Below, one piece after another: positions 49,038 to 59,422 of a stretch of 64,000 bases of DNA. Position numbers and translations under genes: made by a program. This stretch comes from Acidobacteriota bacterium (GTDB lineage: Bacteria > Acidobacteriota > UBA6911 > RPQK01 > JAJDTT01), in the NCBI GenBank assembly GCA_965209055.1, contig OZ242374.1, forward strand, positions 4,896,001 to 4,960,000, in the 5' to 3' direction. Every line of letters starts with the position of its first letter. Within the stretch, counting starts at the first letter, position 1. Below the pieces are notes generated by a model. That model was not told the origin of the DNA and did not search any database. It saw only the letters and a program-made list of their open reading frames with translations.

Positions 49038-50045
49038 TCACTCCTCCGGCAGCCGGACCTTCGCCAGGTAGATGTTGCTCTTCCCTTCGTGCGACGAGTA
49101 GTAGCTGATCCAGAGCAGTCCCTGGTGCCAGACCATTCCGGGATAGCTGGTGTCCCCGCCGCTGGGCAGGGTCAGGACCGGCTCGAAGCTGTTCCGGGTC
49201 ATGCGGGCCAGGATCGTCGTGGGATCTCCGGTATAGGCGCGGCTTCCCGCCCAGAGCCGGCCGTCGGGCAGGCGAATGAAATTGGGCCCACCCAACCGGT
49301 GCCCCGTGTCGTGCCACGTCCACTTCCGATAGGGAGGATGGCTGGTGCCGATCCAACCCGTGGCGTTGCGCCGCAACAGGATCATCATTTCGTCCCCGGG
49401 AAGGAAGCGGATGGTGGCCTCGTTGGGCCACGGAGGAATGTTTCTGAATACCGTGATCCAGTTCCACTCGATGCCGTCCGGGCTCGAGTAGAGGATCACT
49501 CGGCGGGTGTTCTTCCCGTCTCCCATCTTGGAGACGCTGTAGGCGGTGCCCTTGTGCCAGGTGATGCGCCAGAGCCAGTGCTCTTCGGCCAGGACACGCC
49601 GTGGAGGCGTCCACTCGTAGCCGTCCGGGGAGAACGCGACGCGGGGCACCCGGGTCTGGAACGAATCATCCCTGTAAATGCTGCCGCCGGCGACCAGCAT
49701 GAGGCGATCATCGGGCGTCCGGGAGAGCTTGGGATCCCTCAGGTCCACCCCCGCCGTCTCCAGGAGGGCAGCCGATTCCCAGCTCTCACCATCCGATGAG
49801 GTGATGACCCGGATCCGTCCGTCCTGACCGGCGGCATGCCGTTCGCCCTCCCGAAAGGTGCAGAACCACCTTTCGCGGAAACGGATCAGGTCGGTGAAGG
49901 CGTTGTGAAGACCCCGGTCCCAGATCTTCTCCACCGATACGATCCGGGGATCTTCCGCCCGGACCGCCGGGAAGCACAGGACCATCACGGCGATCGGGAA
50001 CCAGAGGCGTCGTCCTCGCATGGACTTCATCGTTCGTGTCCTCAC
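49038..50045 (-). CDS. secreted exo-alpha-sialidase-like (BNR/Asp-box) protein
   Basis: Signal peptide; HNAFTDL, SSDGESW, DLRDPKL, SPDGYEW, SPDGIEW, GDTSYPG, YYSSHEG. Confidence 0.8.
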   Translation of the reverse strand: MRTRTMKSMRGRRLWFPIAVMVLCFPAVRAEDPRIVSVEKIWDRGLHNAFTDLIRFRERWFCTFREGERHAAGQDGRIRVITSSDGESWESAALLETAGVDLRDPKLSRTPDDRLMLVAGGSIYRDDSFQTRVPRVAFSPDGYEWTPPRRVLAEEHWLWRITWHKGTAYSVSKMGDGKNTRRVILYSSPDGIEWNWITVFRNIPPWPNEATIRFLPGDEMMILLRRNATGWIGTSHPPYRKWTWHDTGHRLGGPNFIRLPDGRLWAGSRAYTGDPTTILARMTRNSFEPVLTLPSGGDTSYPGMVWHQGLLWISYYSSHEGKSNIYLAKVRLPEE

Positions 50046-50051
50046 CGGAGA

Positions 50052-51239
50052 TCAAAGCGCGGCGATCTTCTCCACCAGGGGCCAGAAACCGAGTTGCTCC
50101 ACGGCGTGGCTGCGGTAGATCCCCGACGCTTCGGCGCCGCTGCCGTAGGCGCGGCGAGCGGCCTCCGTCAGGAGATCGGGGTCCTGAAAGCTCCCGACAT
50201 GGTAGCAGGAGAACTCGGCCACCACGGGACAGCGGCCCGCGACCCTCTTGACCGCGGCGGCCACCTGCCGCTCCACCCGACGCACGTCGGAAGTGGTGCG
50301 GAACCAGAGATGGAGCTCATCCACCAGGTTCTGGTCCACCCAGGTCGGCCAATCCTGAAACACCTTCACGTACTCGTCCATCTCCCGCGCCACCAGGGCG
50401 ACCGTCATGGGCGCCGATGGATCCTTTTCCCGCAAGGCTTCCCGCAACTCCCGGATGGCGACCGTGGTGTAGTCGGCCCGGAACTGGACCCAGGAGGGGT
50501 CGTCGTTGGGCAGCTCCATGGGATCCCGGCGGGATTTCTGCCGGTAGAACCGGGTCATGGGTTCTTCGTAACCGTCGGTTCCGACGCCGTTCTCGTCCTG
50601 GTTGAGACTGACGAACTCCACCTGGAATCCGTGCCCGCCGGTGCGCTCCAGCATGGCCAGGTAGTTGTGCTTCTCGTGCTCCCGGACCTCGGGGACGGCA
50701 AGGCTCAGGGTGCGCCTTTGTCCCGGCTGAATCTCATCACGGCGACTCCGGTCGCGAGCCCAGTACCCGGGGTGTGCCCGGGCGAAATCGCTCAGGCTGG
50801 GAGACGACCGGGGATGGGACCAGATGGGTTGGTGGCGCTCCAGCTTCTTCTTCATTTCGGGAGAACCGGGCGGCGCACTCAGGTAGTGAACCGACCAGGC
50901 ATAGTTGACTCGCCGGGAGCCATGGGAATTGAAGGCCAGGTAGGGATGCACCTTTATGCCCTTCTTCCGCCCCTCCTCCACCAGAACGCGAGACCCGCTC
51001 CAAGGGATCAGGTCGGTCACTCCGTGATCCGAACACTTGCCGACGAATTGGGCCACTTTCGGATCATCGGCGGGCCCGGCCGGATTGATCAGGCCTCCCT
51101 TGTCACACCAAAGGAGAAAACGGCGCCGCGTCCCTTCCCCCCGAACCTTCCGCCGCCCGGCTCCGGCGGAAGCGATGACGGACGGAGGAACTGCCAGGGC
51201 GCCTCCCAGGAAATGACGCCGGTTCAATCTGCTATTCAT
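50052..51239 (-). CDS. Tat-exported TIM-barrel glycoside-hydrolase-like (GHL10-like) protein
   Basis: NRRHFL Tat motif; GIKVHPYL, LSLAVPEVR, W.QFRA, QDWP.W. Confidence 0.6.
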   Translation of the reverse strand: MNSRLNRRHFLGGALAVPPSVIASAGAGRRKVRGEGTRRRFLLWCDKGGLINPAGPADDPKVAQFVGKCSDHGVTDLIPWSGSRVLVEEGRKKGIKVHPYLAFNSHGSRRVNYAWSVHYLSAPPGSPEMKKKLERHQPIWSHPRSSPSLSDFARAHPGYWARDRSRRDEIQPGQRRTLSLAVPEVREHEKHNYLAMLERTGGHGFQVEFVSLNQDENGVGTDGYEEPMTRFYRQKSRRDPMELPNDDPSWVQFRADYTTVAIRELREALREKDPSAPMTVALVAREMDEYVKVFQDWPTWVDQNLVDELHLWFRTTSDVRRVERQVAAAVKRVAGRCPVVAEFSCYHVGSFQDPDLLTEAARRAYGSGAEASGIYRSHAVEQLGFWPLVEKIAAL

Positions 51240-51451
51240 GCGCTAACTCCCCCTGTCAGCCTACCATCGATTCCGGGCAAGATGAATTTCAATGCATATT
51301 CGGATGATCGCCTGCGTTGCGCAAACATCCTTTACCTCCCGCCCGGACCGCTCGAGTCTCGCACCGAACTCCGCACCATGTCGTTATCGTACAAAACCTT
51401 TACCGAAAGTCCGCTCCAGAAATCACACGTGCATCCTCACATTTGTTTTAG

Positions 51452-52640
51452 GGAAGGTCTGAACAAGTCGATTCAAGGGACGTGAGAGCCGTTATTGTTT
51501 CGGCTTTGCGGTGTCCAAACCTTCATTATGAGGAGTACCACCCTGGCAAGGCTCTGGGTGCCCCCATTCTCAGACTGATTCCCCGAATCTCGACGCACCT
51601 CTCCCGCGCCCGGATCAGGCGTTCACGCCAGAGCGCTCGGCGATCATCAGATTGGCGAACCCCACCAGCAAATAGATCCGTTGGGTGTTTTTCGCCAGCC
51701 CCCGGTAGCGCACCTTCGCGTAGCCGAAATGCCGTTTCAGGTACCCGAATACATGTTCTGCCTTGGCCCGAACCGACGCTTTGCGCCGCTCGGCCAACGC
51801 CGCCTCACTCTCCGGTGGCAGCCGCCAACGCTTCCCCGGCTTCATCATCACCTGCCAATCCACCGGCCGATCTCGATTCTCCGACCGCTTTCCCACTCCC
51901 TGGTATCCCGAATCCCCCCAAACTTGAGACTCCGAGCCGTGCAGCAACTCACCGGCTCGCGTCACGTCATGCTCGTTAGCCGGCGCCGTCACCACCGTGT
52001 GCGCCACCCCCGTCTGGGCGTCCACCCCCAGGTGGGCCTTCATTCCGAAATACCACTGTTTTCCCTTCTTCGTCTGATGCATCTCCGGGTCCCGCGCCCC
52101 CTCCCTGTTCTTGGTCGAGGAAGGCGCCGCCAGGATACTCGCGTCCACGATCGTCCCCCGGCTCAGCCGCAGGCCTTGCCGCTGCAGGTGAGAACCGATC
52201 TCCTCGAACAGCGCCTCCCCCAGACCATGCTCCTCCAGCCGATGACGGAATTTCAGAATCGTCGTCTCGTCCGGCAGCGGCCCCGTGAGCTTCAGGCCCA
52301 CGAACCGCCGCACCGACTCCACCTCATAGAGCAGATCCTCCATCCCCGGATCGCTCAGGTTGTAAAACAGCTGCACGCAGTGGATCCGAAGCATCGTCGA
52401 GAGCGGGTAGGGACGCCGTCCCCGTCCCGCTTTCGGGTAAACGGGCCGAATCCGGGCTTCCAACTGCTCCCATGGAATCAACCGGTCCATCCGGGCCAGA
52501 AATCTCTCCCGACGGGTCACCCGCTTCTTGCCGTCGTATTCCAGATCTGCGAACGTTCGTTGCGACATCATCTATCCTCCATGCAGTGATGATGGAAGAA
52601 TTATCGTGCAGAACGCTGACTCGACTTAATCAGACCTTCC
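51452..52640 (-). mobile_element. IS5-family insertion sequence, copy 2 (1189 bp)
   Basis: Appears identical to copy 1 (offset 40580); TTAG target duplication at 51448-51451 and 52641-52644. Confidence 0.96.
51615..52571 (-). CDS. IS5-family DDE transposase
   Basis: Protein identical to 11035-11991. Confidence 0.96.
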   Translation of the reverse strand: MMSQRTFADLEYDGKKRVTRRERFLARMDRLIPWEQLEARIRPVYPKAGRGRRPYPLSTMLRIHCVQLFYNLSDPGMEDLLYEVESVRRFVGLKLTGPLPDETTILKFRHRLEEHGLGEALFEEIGSHLQRQGLRLSRGTIVDASILAAPSSTKNREGARDPEMHQTKKGKQWYFGMKAHLGVDAQTGVAHTVVTAPANEHDVTRAGELLHGSESQVWGDSGYQGVGKRSENRDRPVDWQVMMKPGKRWRLPPESEAALAERRKASVRAKAEHVFGYLKRHFGYAKVRYRGLAKNTQRIYLLVGFANLMIAERSGVNA

Positions 52641-52800
52641 TTAGATCATAAGGGTTCCAAACAGAAGAACCGAAGTGACAGAAATTCAACTTTCGCCATT
52701 AAATTTGTGGATTTGATCTGCCGATTGATGGATAATAGTCACTGTAATACTGTCGGGTTTTTGGTTAGTTGGTTCAAACAATAGAGGAAAGGATCGGAAA

Positions 52801-53325
52801 ATGGCTAAGAGGAGACGTCGAAAGAGAGCAGAATTGCAAAGGATTCAGAGAGGTCTGGCCCGTGCCGTCGAGAAAGCAGGCGCCGCCAGTGTGAGTCAAC
52901 TCATCGCCAAGAACGGATCCAAGCTGGGTCTCAAGTCGACTCCCAACGACAAGAATCTGGTCAAGCGGCTGTTGAATGCCGTCGACGGAGTCGAGATGGA
53001 AAAACGGGGCCGCGAACTCTTCTTCGTGTCCCAGGTGGAGGCGCCACCGGCCGTCGCCGCCGATGCCCCGGCAGCCCCCGAACCGGCTCCCGAGCCCGAG
53101 GCGGAAGCCGCTCCGGAGGCTCCGGCAGCTCCCGAACCCGAGCCTGAGCCGGAACCGGAGCCCGAACCGGAACCCGAAGCGGCGGCTCCCGAGGCGGAGA
53201 CGCCTGCTCTGGCTCCCGAACTCCAGGCCCTGCGTGCCTATGCCCGACAGTTGGAAGAATTCTCCGGTGCGCTGAACAACCAGGTCAGTACGCTGGTGAG
53301 GATGATCGAAAAGTTGGGTTCCTGA
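52801..53325 (+). CDS. hypothetical protein: basic N-terminal domain, Pro/Glu/Ala linker, C-terminal helix
   Basis: GAGGAAAGGA RBS; (PE)n tract at ~53131-53178. Confidence 0.8.
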   Translation: MAKRRRRKRAELQRIQRGLARAVEKAGAASVSQLIAKNGSKLGLKSTPNDKNLVKRLLNAVDGVEMEKRGRELFFVSQVEAPPAVAADAPAAPEPAPEPEAEAAPEAPAAPEPEPEPEPEPEPEPEAAAPEAETPALAPELQALRAYARQLEEFSGALNNQVSTLVRMIEKLGS

Positions 53326-53499
53326 CCCCTCGCCACCGGACGCATGAAGAATCAGGACTGAACTGCGTGCCGGTCCGTATCAATCGGCATCCGGGCGACC
53401 GTTGCGGTTGCCCGGGCGCCCCACCCCGTCGATCGTTTCTCTGTTCTTCGTCCCGAGTTCGCGCCGAGGACGACATTCCTGCGCCCTCGCCGCAGACGG

Positions 53500-55395
53500 T
53501 CAACGATCCCAGGGATGGTGCAATGTCGGGGCGTTGGCGTACCGGTCCATCCCGAAGGCCATCCGCGCCCCGCAGCCGGGCTCCAGCCGGACCGTGACGC
53601 AGGAGCCGTTCAACTCCATCCTCGATTCGCCCCTTGCCACCCCCGTGAACCGGTGCTCCCCGTATCCGCCCGCCTGCACCACGACGGTGCGCGGGGCGAC
53701 GGGATTCAAATTGACCAGGGTGACGGTCACCGAATCGGCGCTCATTTTCTGGATCAACGCGCCCACGTCCGGTGGGACCCCCGAACGGCGCCGGCCCGGA
53801 TCGAAGTATCTCAGTCGGAAGTTCACGCTCCAGATGACACTGGGAAGATAGGCCCCGGTCATCAGGCTGGCCAGATTCCGGCTGGAGGACGGGTTCAGAT
53901 GCATGAACCAGTCGGGCAGCCGGGTGTCGGGCGTCGTGGGGTCGTCCCGGATCGCCTGCACCCGGTTCCGGACCCGCTCCAGGTCCTTCCTCAAGATCCG
54001 GGCCGGGTAGTCCGGCTCAACCCCTTCCAGGAATCCGATCCACCCGGTCTTGGGAATGGGTTCCAGGTCGGCCCGGTCCATGCCCCACAGGTAGAGTTCG
54101 GTCCAGCGATCCAGGTTCAATTCTTTGGTCCACGCGTACCATTCCGGTTGCCCCGTGTAGGTGTGCCCCCGCGGGTCGCCGTACATCTTGGGGATGACCG
54201 TCCTGCCGTCGACCACCTTCTTCCGGCTGTGGAAGTGCATGAGATGTTGTCTCATAACCGCCAGATAGCCCGGGTCGCCGGTGAGGAGGAAAGCGTTTCC
54301 AAATCCGTCCCAGGTCCCGATGAAGATGGTTCCCCGGTGCTTCACGTACCCCACTTCGGCGTCGAAGTTGGTGAAATTCCAACCATAGAGCCCCTTCCAC
54401 CACTGCCCCGACGCGCCGCCCGGCTTTCCGTCCAGGCCCACCTTGGTGGGGATGAAGCCGTTGTTCGCGCGCGTCCGCTCCTTCCAGGCATCCACGTATT
54501 CCAGGAGCCAGCGCCGGTATTTCTCCCGGCCCGTCAGCATGAAGGCGTTCAACGCCAGGTTGGTGGCGGAGAGGTTCAGGTGGCTGTCCCCCACGCTGTC
54601 CTTGTAGTCCTGGCAGTGGGCCAGCATCTTGGGATAGTGGGCCGCGAAGTCCAACATCCGCGCCAGTCCGGCCGAGCTGTGCAGGAAATGGAATCGGCCG
54701 CGAACGGGGTCCCCCACCCAATCGTAGACCGTGGGCTCCCTCAGCATGGGTCCCCTGCTGCCGGTCCAGGTGCTCCGGATCAGCTTGCGCACCGGGTCGT
54801 AGTTGGGGGCGGACGGGTCCTCGTTCATGTAGAGGCCGGCGAAGCGGGCCATCCGCTTTCGGTAGAGGGAGTTGTTGGGCTCCGAAAGCCCCAGGGACAT
54901 GAAGGGCTGCATCCCTTCCCGGGTGTGCGCCCAGTCGGACATGGTGATGAATTCCTGAAAATAGGCCCCGTCCCGGGCCAGATCGGTCTTCACCGTTCTC
55001 AGTTCGCCGTATTGGAGCCAGTGACCCTCTTGCGCTCTCTTGTAGTCCTCCAACACCGAATCGCCGGCTCCGAGGGAGTGCAGAAGAGGCCAGTCGCTGA
55101 AGGTCTCGATGGCGTCGTCAGGCCCGTCGATCACTCCCCAGCGAGGCACGTGCAGGAGGTATCCGCGGTCGTCCAGAGCGTGTTGGGCCAGGACCCGGCA
55201 GGCCAGGCTGTTGGCGTCCAGGAGCCGGCGCTGCAGGAGGGCCCACTCGGGCGGCTCCATTGGCGTGTCCACGACCAGGACCAGCTCCCGCGCCTGGATC
55301 ACGGAGCAATCCAACCCCAGCAGAAGAAGGCAGATTCCGGCCGGCGCGGCCCTCCGCGCGGCTCGAATCGCTTCAGACACGGTCGACCAGATCAT
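53500..55395 (-). CDS. conserved hypothetical secreted protein (possible helical-barrel carbohydrate enzyme)
   Basis: Long ORF with host codon bias; PPEWALLQR.L, DGPDDAIE, DW.H..EG, RYFDP.RRR.G.P.DV. Start uncertain. Confidence 0.7.
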   Translation of the reverse strand: MIWSTVSEAIRAARRAAPAGICLLLLGLDCSVIQARELVLVVDTPMEPPEWALLQRRLLDANSLACRVLAQHALDDRGYLLHVPRWGVIDGPDDAIETFSDWPLLHSLGAGDSVLEDYKRAQEGHWLQYGELRTVKTDLARDGAYFQEFITMSDWAHTREGMQPFMSLGLSEPNNSLYRKRMARFAGLYMNEDPSAPNYDPVRKLIRSTWTGSRGPMLREPTVYDWVGDPVRGRFHFLHSSAGLARMLDFAAHYPKMLAHCQDYKDSVGDSHLNLSATNLALNAFMLTGREKYRRWLLEYVDAWKERTRANNGFIPTKVGLDGKPGGASGQWWKGLYGWNFTNFDAEVGYVKHRGTIFIGTWDGFGNAFLLTGDPGYLAVMRQHLMHFHSRKKVVDGRTVIPKMYGDPRGHTYTGQPEWYAWTKELNLDRWTELYLWGMDRADLEPIPKTGWIGFLEGVEPDYPARILRKDLERVRNRVQAIRDDPTTPDTRLPDWFMHLNPSSSRNLASLMTGAYLPSVIWSVNFRLRYFDPGRRRSGVPPDVGALIQKMSADSVTVTLVNLNPVAPRTVVVQAGGYGEHRFTGVARGESRMELNGSCVTVRLEPGCGARMAFGMDRYANAPTLHHPWDR

Positions 55396-55489
55396 TCCTC
55401 GTTCCTTTCCTGAAACCGGGTCATCCATCCCGACGCGGCAGCGGCCGCAAACCTGATGAGCCATATCAACCCTGATACACTCTCCCGCC

Positions 55490-56605
55490 ATGAAACGAAG
55501 AGCATTCCTCCGCAGGGCCGCCGCCGGAACAATTCTCTCACCCTGGATCGTGGGCCGCGGGGCCCGGTCCGCCACCGTCGAACCCCTCCGGGTGGGGGTG
55601 CTCACTCAGGAAAACGGGCCCCATCTGAGCGCCTACCTCCGATCCCTGGCGCAAATCGACGGCATTGAATCCATCGGCCTTTCCGATGAAAGCGGGACGA
55701 CGTTCGCAAGTGCGCGAGATGCCCTGGGCGCGAAGGTGACCACCTTTCGGGACCACGACCGGATGCTGCGGGAGTTCCGGCCCCGCGCGGCCGTCATCAG
55801 CCTGGCCGCCCACAAGGCTCCACCCGTGATCCGCAAGACCCTGGAGGCCGGCTGCCACATCCTGGCCGAAAAACCCTCCTGCACCCGGGCCGAAGACTTC
55901 GAGCCCCTGGTCCGGCTCGCCGAGACCAGGAAGCTGACGCTCACGCTGGCCTTCTACCTGCGGGCGAATCCGGGAGCCGTCAAGGCCCGGGAACTGGTGC
56001 GTTCCGGTTTCATCGGCAAACCCTACGCGGCGCATCTGCTGGTGGTGGCGGATCAGACCCGTCTCACCCGCCCGGCGTTCCACCGTTCCTGGCTCGCCTC
56101 GCGAGACACGGCCGGCGGAGGAAACCTGATCTGGCTGGGAATCCACTACGTGGACCTGCTCCAGCATCTGACGCAGGACCGCATCGAACGGGTCTCCGCC
56201 ATGACCCGCAACGTGGGGGGCCAGCCCATCGACGTCGAGGACGCGGTGGGGGTCACCTTCCAGTCCCGGAAGGGGATGGTGGGAACGTACCACGGCGGTT
56301 ACTATCTCGATCGGGGTTACCACCTTGGACTGACCCTCTGGGGCTCCAAGGGATGGCTCCGCTTCGACGAGGACAACTCGCCTCTGGAGTGGTACTCGAC
56401 TCATCCCGATGCTCCCAAAGGGGTCCAGTCGTTTCCCTTTGCCTACGAGGTCGGGCCCTACCACGGTATCGTGGAGGCGGTTCTGGACGCGGCCCGGGGC
56501 ACGGGCCCGCCGCCGGCCACCGGCGAGGAGTGCCTTCACGTCCTGAAATCCATCTTCAGCGCCTACGAGGCGGCCCGGACCGGACGGGCTCAAGACGTCC
56601 TCTGA
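55490..56605 (+). CDS. Tat-exported Gfo/Idh/MocA oxidoreductase
   Basis: KRRAFL, HILAEKP, GGG.L.WLGIH..D, VED. Confidence 0.88.
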   Translation: MKRRAFLRRAAAGTILSPWIVGRGARSATVEPLRVGVLTQENGPHLSAYLRSLAQIDGIESIGLSDESGTTFASARDALGAKVTTFRDHDRMLREFRPRAAVISLAAHKAPPVIRKTLEAGCHILAEKPSCTRAEDFEPLVRLAETRKLTLTLAFYLRANPGAVKARELVRSGFIGKPYAAHLLVVADQTRLTRPAFHRSWLASRDTAGGGNLIWLGIHYVDLLQHLTQDRIERVSAMTRNVGGQPIDVEDAVGVTFQSRKGMVGTYHGGYYLDRGYHLGLTLWGSKGWLRFDEDNSPLEWYSTHPDAPKGVQSFPFAYEVGPYHGIVEAVLDAARGTGPPPATGEECLHVLKSIFSAYEAARTGRAQDVL

Positions 56606-56614
56606 CGGGGCGGA

Positions 56615-57355
56615 TCACGACTCCTTCAGGAAGTCGTGCACGATCTCCGCGAAGCCTTCGGTGTAGTCGGTTTCCATGTAGTACGCGCCCAAGTACTCCC
56701 GGGGAGCGAAGTCGGTCAGATCGTAGATGGGTGAGGGATCGAACTGCACGACCCCGTCGCCGGCCCGGCAGACGTGGACGGTCACGTCCGAGGAGCACTT
56801 GGCCCCGTCGATGACCTGGAGAACGTCGAATCCCTTGCCGTCCACCCTGGGAATCGCCTTCAAGCGCCAGGACGGCGCCATTGCGGGCAGGCTCTCCGGG
56901 TCGGCCGCGCGGTGCATCGTGGAGCGGATCGCCAGGATCGAGGCGCCGGCCAGCCGAGTGTCCGTGTACATGACCCGCTCGTCCATTCCCACCCGAATGT
57001 CGGAATAGACCTTGGGCGTGCCGTAGATTTCCCGCCCCGCCGGGATGCTGGACTTGGAGTTGAGAAACGCGATGGGCGCAAAGTAGCCCGGCTGTCCCCG
57101 GTAGCTGCACTTGACGGTGAGCACACTCTCCAGAAACCCCCCGTAGTTGGCCGTCCAGGTCGCGTCGATGCCGATGGCGGCACAGTTGCCGTCCGGGTCG
57201 GGCTCGAAACACCAGGGGAGGACCCGGTCCAACGCCCCCGGGTCCGCCCGAAAGCAGACGATTTGGATGCGGACGTTCCGGTAACGGGCCGGAAGCGGAG
57301 GATAATAGGGAGAAAAGGCCGGCATGTTGGCGATCTGATCCCTTGGAATGGTCAT
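56615..57355 (-). CDS. acetoacetate decarboxylase-like family protein
   Basis: MP.FSP.YP, Y.E, AGREIYG.PK Schiff-base Lys motif, K.IP..DG. Confidence 0.85.
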   Translation of the reverse strand: MTIPRDQIANMPAFSPYYPPLPARYRNVRIQIVCFRADPGALDRVLPWCFEPDPDGNCAAIGIDATWTANYGGFLESVLTVKCSYRGQPGYFAPIAFLNSKSSIPAGREIYGTPKVYSDIRVGMDERVMYTDTRLAGASILAIRSTMHRAADPESLPAMAPSWRLKAIPRVDGKGFDVLQVIDGAKCSSDVTVHVCRAGDGVVQFDPSPIYDLTDFAPREYLGAYYMETDYTEGFAEIVHDFLKES

Positions 57356-57371
57356 GGCTGATCTTCCTTTT

Positions 57372-58379
57372 TCAGTCCGTGGCGCGATTTCCGAAACACC
57401 CGGGGTTGGCGACATGTTCGGGACGCCGTCCCTGGAGTACGTCCAGGATGCCTTGGGCGGCCATCAGGGAGGCGCGTTCCAAAGCGCTGTCCGTCAAGCC
57501 GGAGATGTGAGGGGTCAACAACGTATTGGGCGTTCGGCAGAGGGGATGGTCCGCCGGCAGAGGTTCCTCCTCGAAGACGTCCAGGGCCGCCCCGGCCAGG
57601 CGGCCCTCCCGCAGCGCCCGGGCCAGGGCCGCCTCGTCGATGACGGGTCCTCTGGAGGTGTTCACCAGCCGGCAGCCGGGCTTCATCAGCTTCAGGCGTT
57701 CCTGGTTGATGAGATGGCGCGTCGCACCACTCAGCGGAACGTGAAGGCTGATGAAGTCGGCCCAGGCCAGAAGAGCCTCCAGCGACTCCTCGAAAACGGC
57801 CGCGCCCATCGCCGAACCGGGTGGCAGGAACGGGTCGTAGGCGCGAACCTGCATGCCGAATCCACCGGAGGCGATCCCGGCCACGCGGCTGCCGATGCGG
57901 CCCAGGCCGATCAGGCCCAGGTTTTTCCCGGCAAGCTCCACCCCCTGGTATCGATTGCGGTCCTCCATGGTTCCGGAGCGGATGGCGTGGCTGGAGGGAT
58001 AGATCTGCCGGGAGAGAGCCAACATCAGCGCCATGGCGTGTTCGGCCACGGTCCGGCCGTTGGAACCGGGCGTGAACACGACGGGAAGGCCTCTGGAGGT
58101 GGCCGCCTCGCAGTCGATGTTGTCCGTACCGACCCCATGCTTGCCGATCACCTTGAGGCGGGGTGCGTTTCGAATATCTTCGGCGTCTACCTGAAAGAGG
58201 CGCACCAGGGCCGCGTCGGCTTCCCGGAAGGCGGCCCGATGAGGTGCTGACCCTTCGGCGTCCGGCTCCGGCGGCACGGTGATCCCTTCTTCCCAAGGGG
58301 TCCGGCAATGGCAGTGCCGGCGCAGCAACTCCACCCCGGGGGAAGCGATGGGTTCGGGGATGAAGACGGTGGGTTTCAT
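57372..58379 (-). CDS. D-isomer 2-hydroxyacid dehydrogenase (SerA-like)
   Basis: HGVGTDNID, VAEH, GLGRIG, HVPL, NTSRG, DVFEEEP, TPH. ATG overlaps the SDR stop. Confidence 0.9.
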   Translation of the reverse strand: MKPTVFIPEPIASPGVELLRRHCHCRTPWEEGITVPPEPDAEGSAPHRAAFREADAALVRLFQVDAEDIRNAPRLKVIGKHGVGTDNIDCEAATSRGLPVVFTPGSNGRTVAEHAMALMLALSRQIYPSSHAIRSGTMEDRNRYQGVELAGKNLGLIGLGRIGSRVAGIASGGFGMQVRAYDPFLPPGSAMGAAVFEESLEALLAWADFISLHVPLSGATRHLINQERLKLMKPGCRLVNTSRGPVIDEAALARALREGRLAGAALDVFEEEPLPADHPLCRTPNTLLTPHISGLTDSALERASLMAAQGILDVLQGRRPEHVANPGCFGNRATD

Positions 58380-59185
58380 TCTTTTCTGGGGGGAGTCGCC
58401 GAAACGCCCTGCAATCCCCCGTTCACCTGGAACACCTGCCCGGTGATCCAGGACGCTTCGGACCCGCACAGGAAGGCGACCATGGAAGCGACGTCCCGGG
58501 GCTCGCCCCAGCGGCCCAAGGGGATGGATCGGCGGACCCGCTCGACCATCTCGTCCCGGCTGATTCCCAGGGTCCGGCTACGCTGGGCCATGGTCCTGCG
58601 GTTGAAGTCGGTGTAGACCGGACCGGGGCTCACGGCATTGACCCGGACACCATAGGCGGCCAATTCCGTGGCGAGGGTCCGGGTCAGGCTGGCGACGCCC
58701 GCCTTGGCCGCGTTGTAGGCGGCGACCAGAGCCGCAGGGCTGTGGGCATTGATGGAGGCCAGGTTCACCATGCTTCCCGACTCCCGCCGCCGCATGATCC
58801 GGCCTGCGGCCCGGCAACAGAAAAAGGTTCCCGTCAGATTCACCTCCAGGATGCGCCGCCACTCTTCGTCATCCAACTCCACCGTCGGGGTCACCTTCTG
58901 GCCCAGACCGGCGCTGTTGACCAGGATGTCCAATCTCCCCCGGCTCCGGAACGTCTCCTCGAAGACGGCGCTCACCGCCGGGGAGTCGGTCACGTCCAGA
59001 GGGGACGACTCGGCCTGGAATCCGTCCCGCACCAGAACGTCGGCGACTCCGCGGACCTTCTCTTCCTGGAGGTCGCAGAGCAAAACGGAGGCCCCATCCT
59101 GCGCCAGCCGACCGGCGATGGCCAACCCCAGACCTTGGGCGGCTCCCGTCACTACCGCGACCTTGTTTTCAAGGGACATGCTCAT
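58376..59185 (-). CDS. short-chain dehydrogenase/reductase
   Basis: TGAAQGLG, LVNSAG, YNAAK, NAVSPG, ITGQ...V.GG. Confidence 0.93.
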   Translation of the reverse strand: MSMSLENKVAVVTGAAQGLGLAIAGRLAQDGASVLLCDLQEEKVRGVADVLVRDGFQAESSPLDVTDSPAVSAVFEETFRSRGRLDILVNSAGLGQKVTPTVELDDEEWRRILEVNLTGTFFCCRAAGRIMRRRESGSMVNLASINAHSPAALVAAYNAAKAGVASLTRTLATELAAYGVRVNAVSPGPVYTDFNRRTMAQRSRTLGISRDEMVERVRRSIPLGRWGEPRDVASMVAFLCGSEASWITGQVFQVNGGLQGVSATPPRKE

Positions 59186-59422
59186 CTCCGCGTCAGGATA
59201 GTAACAGTCCGGGTCCGACCCCGTCACGGCATCCGAACCCTCCCTGATCTCACTCGACAGCGGCGTTTAGCCGCCCCAATCGGGGCGTCCGCGACCGGAG
59301 TCGTTCGGGGCTCTCCTTCCTCTCTCTGTACGTCTTTCCTCTTTTCTCTTTCCTTCCGCTTGCATAAACTGGCGCTTCATGGTTTCCGGCGGACTCGCCG
59401 CCGAACGAAAAGGAGATGAGTC

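Noticed and set aside
10872-52640. Composite transposon bounded by the IS5 pair
   Set aside because: Each copy has its own distinct target duplication.
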